This document shows positions 57,037 to 60,798 of a stretch of 60,798 bases of DNA, piece by piece. The DNA is taken from positions 1 through 60,798 of the forward strand of contig JANPLU010000056.1 of the NCBI GenBank assembly GCA_031422435.1, written 5' to 3'. The DNA is from Acaryochloridaceae cyanobacterium VAR_48_metabat_390. Lineage in GTDB: Bacteria > Cyanobacteriota > Cyanobacteriia > Thermosynechococcales > Thermosynechococcaceae. How positions within the stretch are numbered: the first letter of the stretch is position 1; each line of letters begins with the position of its first letter. The position numbers and the translations under genes are program-made. Under the pieces are notes generated by a model. That model ran no database searches. It was not told the origin of the DNA and worked only from the letters and a program-made list of their open reading frames with translations.

Positions 57037-59094
57037 TCACTGGGCAAATACGGTGTTGGCAGTGCCCAGTTCGCTAATGCTAATGCAGCGCTGACCCTCA
57101 ATTTGCTGAAGGTAGCGTTTTTCTTGGTAGTAAAGCCGCTTGAGTTCATCTAGCTCTTGAAAACACCGATTCTCTTCTGCCAGCAGCACATCTGCTTCAT
57201 CCGATGCCTCGTCTAACATTTGGGCAAGGTAGGCATCGAGCATGGGTCGCTGCTCGTACTCACGGCTGGCTTCTTTGAGCGCCGCCTGAAGTAGTTCCAA
57301 TACGTGACGGCAGCGCTTCTCACAGGCGATGCGCTCTAGGGTTGCCACAGCCGTCCGAATCGAGAGCGTGGGTCTTAAAATTTCAATCTCGGTGGCCTCA
57401 TTGAGCTGCATGAGGTGATAAACTTGCCGCATTTCTTGGGCGTGCTGGGTGCAGAGATCCTGAAGCGCATCCATTAAGTCCACCTCAGACGGACTAGGCT
57501 CCAGCTCTGGGTGCGCGAGGGTTTCTACAGCATCTTCTGGCTGCTCCTCAATGCCCAACACCTGCCGCCACAAAAACCGATGGTGAGAGAACGTAAATTC
57601 TAAATCTCGCTGCCGTAATGCCTCTTTAACATCCTGTCGGTGGTATGGGCAGTGCAGATAAATCCGCAAAAGCTGAGCTTCCGCGGCTTCTCGCAGGCTG
57701 TAGTCAGCGGGGCGCTGCCATTTCTGCGATCGCCCATGCCAGCGCTGTCCCCGTACCTGTTGGCGCAGCGCGTCTTCAATCTGCAGGGTTTGACGGGCAT
57801 CCCCTTGGCTAATCAGCTCGGCACAGCGATGGATATAGTGCGTCCGCAGGGTGGCGTTGGGGAGTTTGCCCAGTAGCTGCACAACGGTCAGGGTCGCCGC
57901 CTGAAACTGATCCGATTCTCGTAAATCTTTGCCTGCTAACGCCAACTGGATTTGCCAGTCTAGCCACAGCGGAGCCGTCTCGACGAGCTGCTGATAGGCG
58001 CTATTGGAGCGCTCTTTTAGAAATTCATCGGCATCTTTACCGTTGGGCAAGTTCAGCACCCGTAGCTGCACCTCGCCCCGCAGCGCAAGATCTTCAACTT
58101 CAGAAATGGCGCGTTCTGCAGCCTTTTGACCTGCTTTGTCCGCGTCAAAGTTGAGGATAATCTGCTTCGATTCTGTGTAGCGCAGGAGCTGCCGAATTTG
58201 GGCAGAAGCGAGGGCAGTCCCCATGGAGGCCACAACGTTTGTGATGCCTGCCTCGTGGAGTGCAATCACATCAAAATAGCCTTCCACTACAATGGCGCGA
58301 TCTTGCTTGACGATCGCCTTACGCGCCTTATCCAGCCCAAACAGAATTTGTCCTTTATTAAACAGATCGGTTTCAGGGGAGTTGAGATACTTGGGTTCTT
58401 CGTTGGTGAGGGTGCGGCTGCCAAACCCCACAATGCGACTCTGCTGATCGTGGATCGGAATCATCAGGCGATCGCGAAACCGATCGTAATAGCCCTGCTG
58501 GTTCTGACGCGGCACAATCAGCCCCGCCTTTTCGACCAGCTCAGCGGCAATGCCCTTTTTGTCTACAAAGTATCTATAAAGGGTTTCCCACCCGCCAGGC
58601 GCGTAGCCGAGCTGAAAATGCTGAAGGGTTTCTTCGGTAAGGCTGCGGGTTTGCTTAACGTAGGTGAGGGCGTGCTGTCCGCTGGGCTGCCTGAGGGAAT
58701 GCTCATAGAACTGGGCGGCGATCGCCATCACCTCATAGAGCTGCTCCTTGAGGGAAATCTGGCGCTGAAGCTCTTGGCGCTCTTCCTGGGCTAGAGTTTG
58801 GACTGGAACCTGATAGCGCTGGGCAAGGTCTAAAACAACTTCACTAAAAGACTGTTTGCGTAGCTCCATCAGGAACTTGTAAACATTGCCCCCCGCCCCG
58901 CAGCCAAAGCAATAATAAAACTGCTTCTCAGGACTGACGCTAAAGCTAGGAGATTTGTCATCATGGAACGGGCAGGAACCCACAAATCCGCGACCCTGCT
59001 TTCGCAGCACCACATGCTCCGCCACCACATCCACGATGTCGGCAGCCTGACGCACCTGCTCAATGGTTTCAGGGTGGAGGCGGGGGGAGGACAT
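57037..59094 (-). CDS. dnaG: DNA primase
   Basis: CPFHDDKSPSF zinc finger, KYLNSPET, VEGYFDV, FDADKAG, KDADE. Confidence 0.96.
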   Translation of the reverse strand: MSSPRLHPETIEQVRQAADIVDVVAEHVVLRKQGRGFVGSCPFHDDKSPSFSVSPEKQFYYCFGCGAGGNVYKFLMELRKQSFSEVVLDLAQRYQVPVQTLAQEERQELQRQISLKEQLYEVMAIAAQFYEHSLRQPSGQHALTYVKQTRSLTEETLQHFQLGYAPGGWETLYRYFVDKKGIAAELVEKAGLIVPRQNQQGYYDRFRDRLMIPIHDQQSRIVGFGSRTLTNEEPKYLNSPETDLFNKGQILFGLDKARKAIVKQDRAIVVEGYFDVIALHEAGITNVVASMGTALASAQIRQLLRYTESKQIILNFDADKAGQKAAERAISEVEDLALRGEVQLRVLNLPNGKDADEFLKERSNSAYQQLVETAPLWLDWQIQLALAGKDLRESDQFQAATLTVVQLLGKLPNATLRTHYIHRCAELISQGDARQTLQIEDALRQQVRGQRWHGRSQKWQRPADYSLREAAEAQLLRIYLHCPYHRQDVKEALRQRDLEFTFSHHRFLWRQVLGIEEQPEDAVETLAHPELEPSPSEVDLMDALQDLCTQHAQEMRQVYHLMQLNEATEIEILRPTLSIRTAVATLERIACEKRCRHVLELLQAALKEASREYEQRPMLDAYLAQMLDEASDEADVLLAEENRCFQELDELKRLYYQEKRYLQQIEGQRCISISELGTANTVFAQ

Positions 59095-59153
59095 GACTAA
59101 AAATTAAGCGCCAGCTTTCGTAGAATCACATCATCAGTTTAGAGGGTAAATCT

Positions 59154-59738
59154 GTGGTTGTCAGACAGCACCGCACAATTCAAAAGAAACGCTTCCGATG
59201 GTCTTATGTGGCGGCTGGAGGTGCCTTTAGCTTACTGATAGCGGGATTGGGACTGTGGATGGCCTACCCCACGCTTACCTATAAAGGGGTTCCGGTTCGT
59301 ATTCTCGTCCATTTTTTAGAAGATGCACAGGCACGTAGCGCCTACTTTGGGGGTCAAAAAACAGCGCTTCACGGTCGTCTCAAGGCGCTAGGAGTAGAAG
59401 AGGAGATCAAAGATTTTTATCGCCCCCAGTTTCAAGATGAGCAGGCGTTAGACCTTTATATCCATCAGCTTTTGTACAACAATACAGGCTATATCGGGAA
59501 GGCTTACAAGATTGATGCAGAGGGTCAACTCATCCCTAGGCCAACGCTAACGCGTGAGTTTTGGCGCTGGTTTAAGTTAGCAAAACGGCTTCAGCTTGTG
59601 ACCGATCACGAAACGGAAAATGATGAGCTTTTTATCATCACCTCTCAAGGAAGTCGGGTGCCCTACACCACCATTTCAGCGCTTTACCCCATTGCCGACC
59701 TAGAAAAGTGGGTGGCAGCATCGCAGCCATTGCCCTGA
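59154..59738 (+). CDS. Hypothetical protein with N-terminal TM segment
   Basis: 194-aa ORF with a basic N-terminus followed by a hydrophobic helix. Confidence 0.65.
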   Translation: MVVRQHRTIQKKRFRWSYVAAGGAFSLLIAGLGLWMAYPTLTYKGVPVRILVHFLEDAQARSAYFGGQKTALHGRLKALGVEEEIKDFYRPQFQDEQALDLYIHQLLYNNTGYIGKAYKIDAEGQLIPRPTLTREFWRWFKLAKRLQLVTDHETENDELFIITSQGSRVPYTTISALYPIADLEKWVAASQPLP

Positions 59739-59878
59739 AACACTTTGCAAACTGACCTAAAGCGCATTTATACGGCATAAAAGGCAATCTAGAATAGATT
59801 TACAGCAGAGAGGTGCTTTCAGCCCAACACAATAGACTGAATGGCTTAATCTGTCGCCTCAGCTGGAAGGGATTTGGT

Positions 59879-60760
59879 ATGAACCATAGGCAAAGTTTTT
59901 TTGAAGGCTTTGGCGGTCTTCCCCTTTTTTATCAGCGCTGGTTTCCAAATGCAGAGCCAGTCCAGGGAATTGTTGTTGTCGTGCATGGGTTGGGTGGTCA
60001 CAGCGATTTATTTAGGCATGGCATTCTCTGTCTGGTGCCCCAGGGCTATGGGGTATATGCCCTAGATTTACGGGGGCATGGGCGATCGCCAGGGCAGCGT
60101 GGCTATATCCAGCAGTGGCAAGAGTTCCGAGAAGATTTACGCGCTTTTTTACGGTTTGTCCGCAGTCAAGAAGCCGCAAAGAATTATTTTCTATGGGGTC
60201 ACAGTATGGGCGGCACCATTAGCCTAGACTACGCCCTGCACTATCCAGAATTACTACAGGGCTTAATTCTGTCTGCACCTGCCTTGGGGCATATTGGCGT
60301 TCCAGCCTGGAAACTTGCAGTGGGTAAAGTTCTGTCTCGGCTCTGGCCTCGGTTTAAGCTCAAAGTGGGCATTGATCATGCTTTAAGTTCTAGAGATGAA
60401 GCAGTTCTTGCAGACTACGCGACCGACACACTTCGCCATGAATACGGCACGGCTCGTCTATCTGTCGAATTTTTTAAGACCGTGGGCTGGATTAACCAAA
60501 ACCTCGATCAGCTCAAGGTTCCGCTGCTGTTGCTCCACGGCGATGCCGATGGCATTACTTCTCCCGAGAGCAGTCAATCCCTGTTTCAACGCCTTCAGTG
60601 TGCTGATAAAACCTACCGACATTATGCCCATAGCTACCACGATCTGTATGCCGACCTGAACTATATGGAGGTAATCTCCGATATTGCGAGTTGGATGGCA
60701 AGCCATAGCGGGGGATCGCAGCCACTCTCTCTCCCACTCCAGTGTCTTACGCTAAACTAA
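59879..60760 (+). CDS. Alpha/beta hydrolase (lysophospholipase/monoglyceride lipase type)
   Basis: HGLGGH, DLRGHG, GHSMGG, HGDAD; likely start ATG 59879. Confidence 0.9.
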   Translation: MNHRQSFFEGFGGLPLFYQRWFPNAEPVQGIVVVVHGLGGHSDLFRHGILCLVPQGYGVYALDLRGHGRSPGQRGYIQQWQEFREDLRAFLRFVRSQEAAKNYFLWGHSMGGTISLDYALHYPELLQGLILSAPALGHIGVPAWKLAVGKVLSRLWPRFKLKVGIDHALSSRDEAVLADYATDTLRHEYGTARLSVEFFKTVGWINQNLDQLKVPLLLLHGDADGITSPESSQSLFQRLQCADKTYRHYAHSYHDLYADLNYMEVISDIASWMASHSGGSQPLSLPLQCLTLN

Positions 60761-60798
60761 ATCAGACTTCACAAAATTCAAACTCATTGAGAATTTTC

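Larger units (their letters stand above)
1..60798. repeat. HIP1 octamer (GCGATCGC) dispersed through core genes, sparse in AT-rich cargo
   Basis: Many copies, e.g. 11745-11752, 25459-25466, 25647-25654, 37800-37807; cyanobacterial genome signature. Confidence 0.9.

Noticed and set aside
58126..58794. 222-aa ORF antisense to dnaG, and the many other short overlapping ORFs in the track
   Set aside because: Shadow frames of well-supported genes, with no motifs of their own
1..60798. CRISPR array, rRNA or canonical tRNA genes
   Set aside because: No regularly spaced repeats or rRNA-like sequence seen; the only T-loop structure noticed is the atypical one at 8678-8744

Overview
Cyanobacterial chromosomal window: the HIP1 octamer GCGATCGC is abundant throughout the core genes. 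Housekeeping genes include hhoA-type protease, recQ, devBCA-type exporter, folB, priA, metH, purF, purL, argF, plsX, fabH and dnaG, plus a knotless-phytochrome GGDEF-EAL protein. (1) A ~6.7 kb Tn554-like TnpABC tyrosine-recombinase element (3117-9854) splits recQ in frame. It carries an uncharacterised gene, an XRE-ImmA/IrrE peptidase fusion, a tRNA-Arg(CCU)-like RNA with a shortened D-arm, and an extra pyrF. (2) Three core genes (recQ, priA, metH) are each followed by an accessory or toxin-antitoxin cassette and then by a diverged, orphaned copy of their own 3' end (two copies for priA). This points to a recurring, integrase-free '3'-end replacement' route of island growth. (3) A ~7 kb TA/defence island after priA holds ietAS, intact PIN modules, several decayed TA fragments and HIP1-bounded repeats. 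Also seen: an IS903-group IS truncating a gene at the left edge, a REP-like repeat translated in frame inside priA, and a stray cmk fragment. All calls come from reading motifs by eye; no database searches were run.
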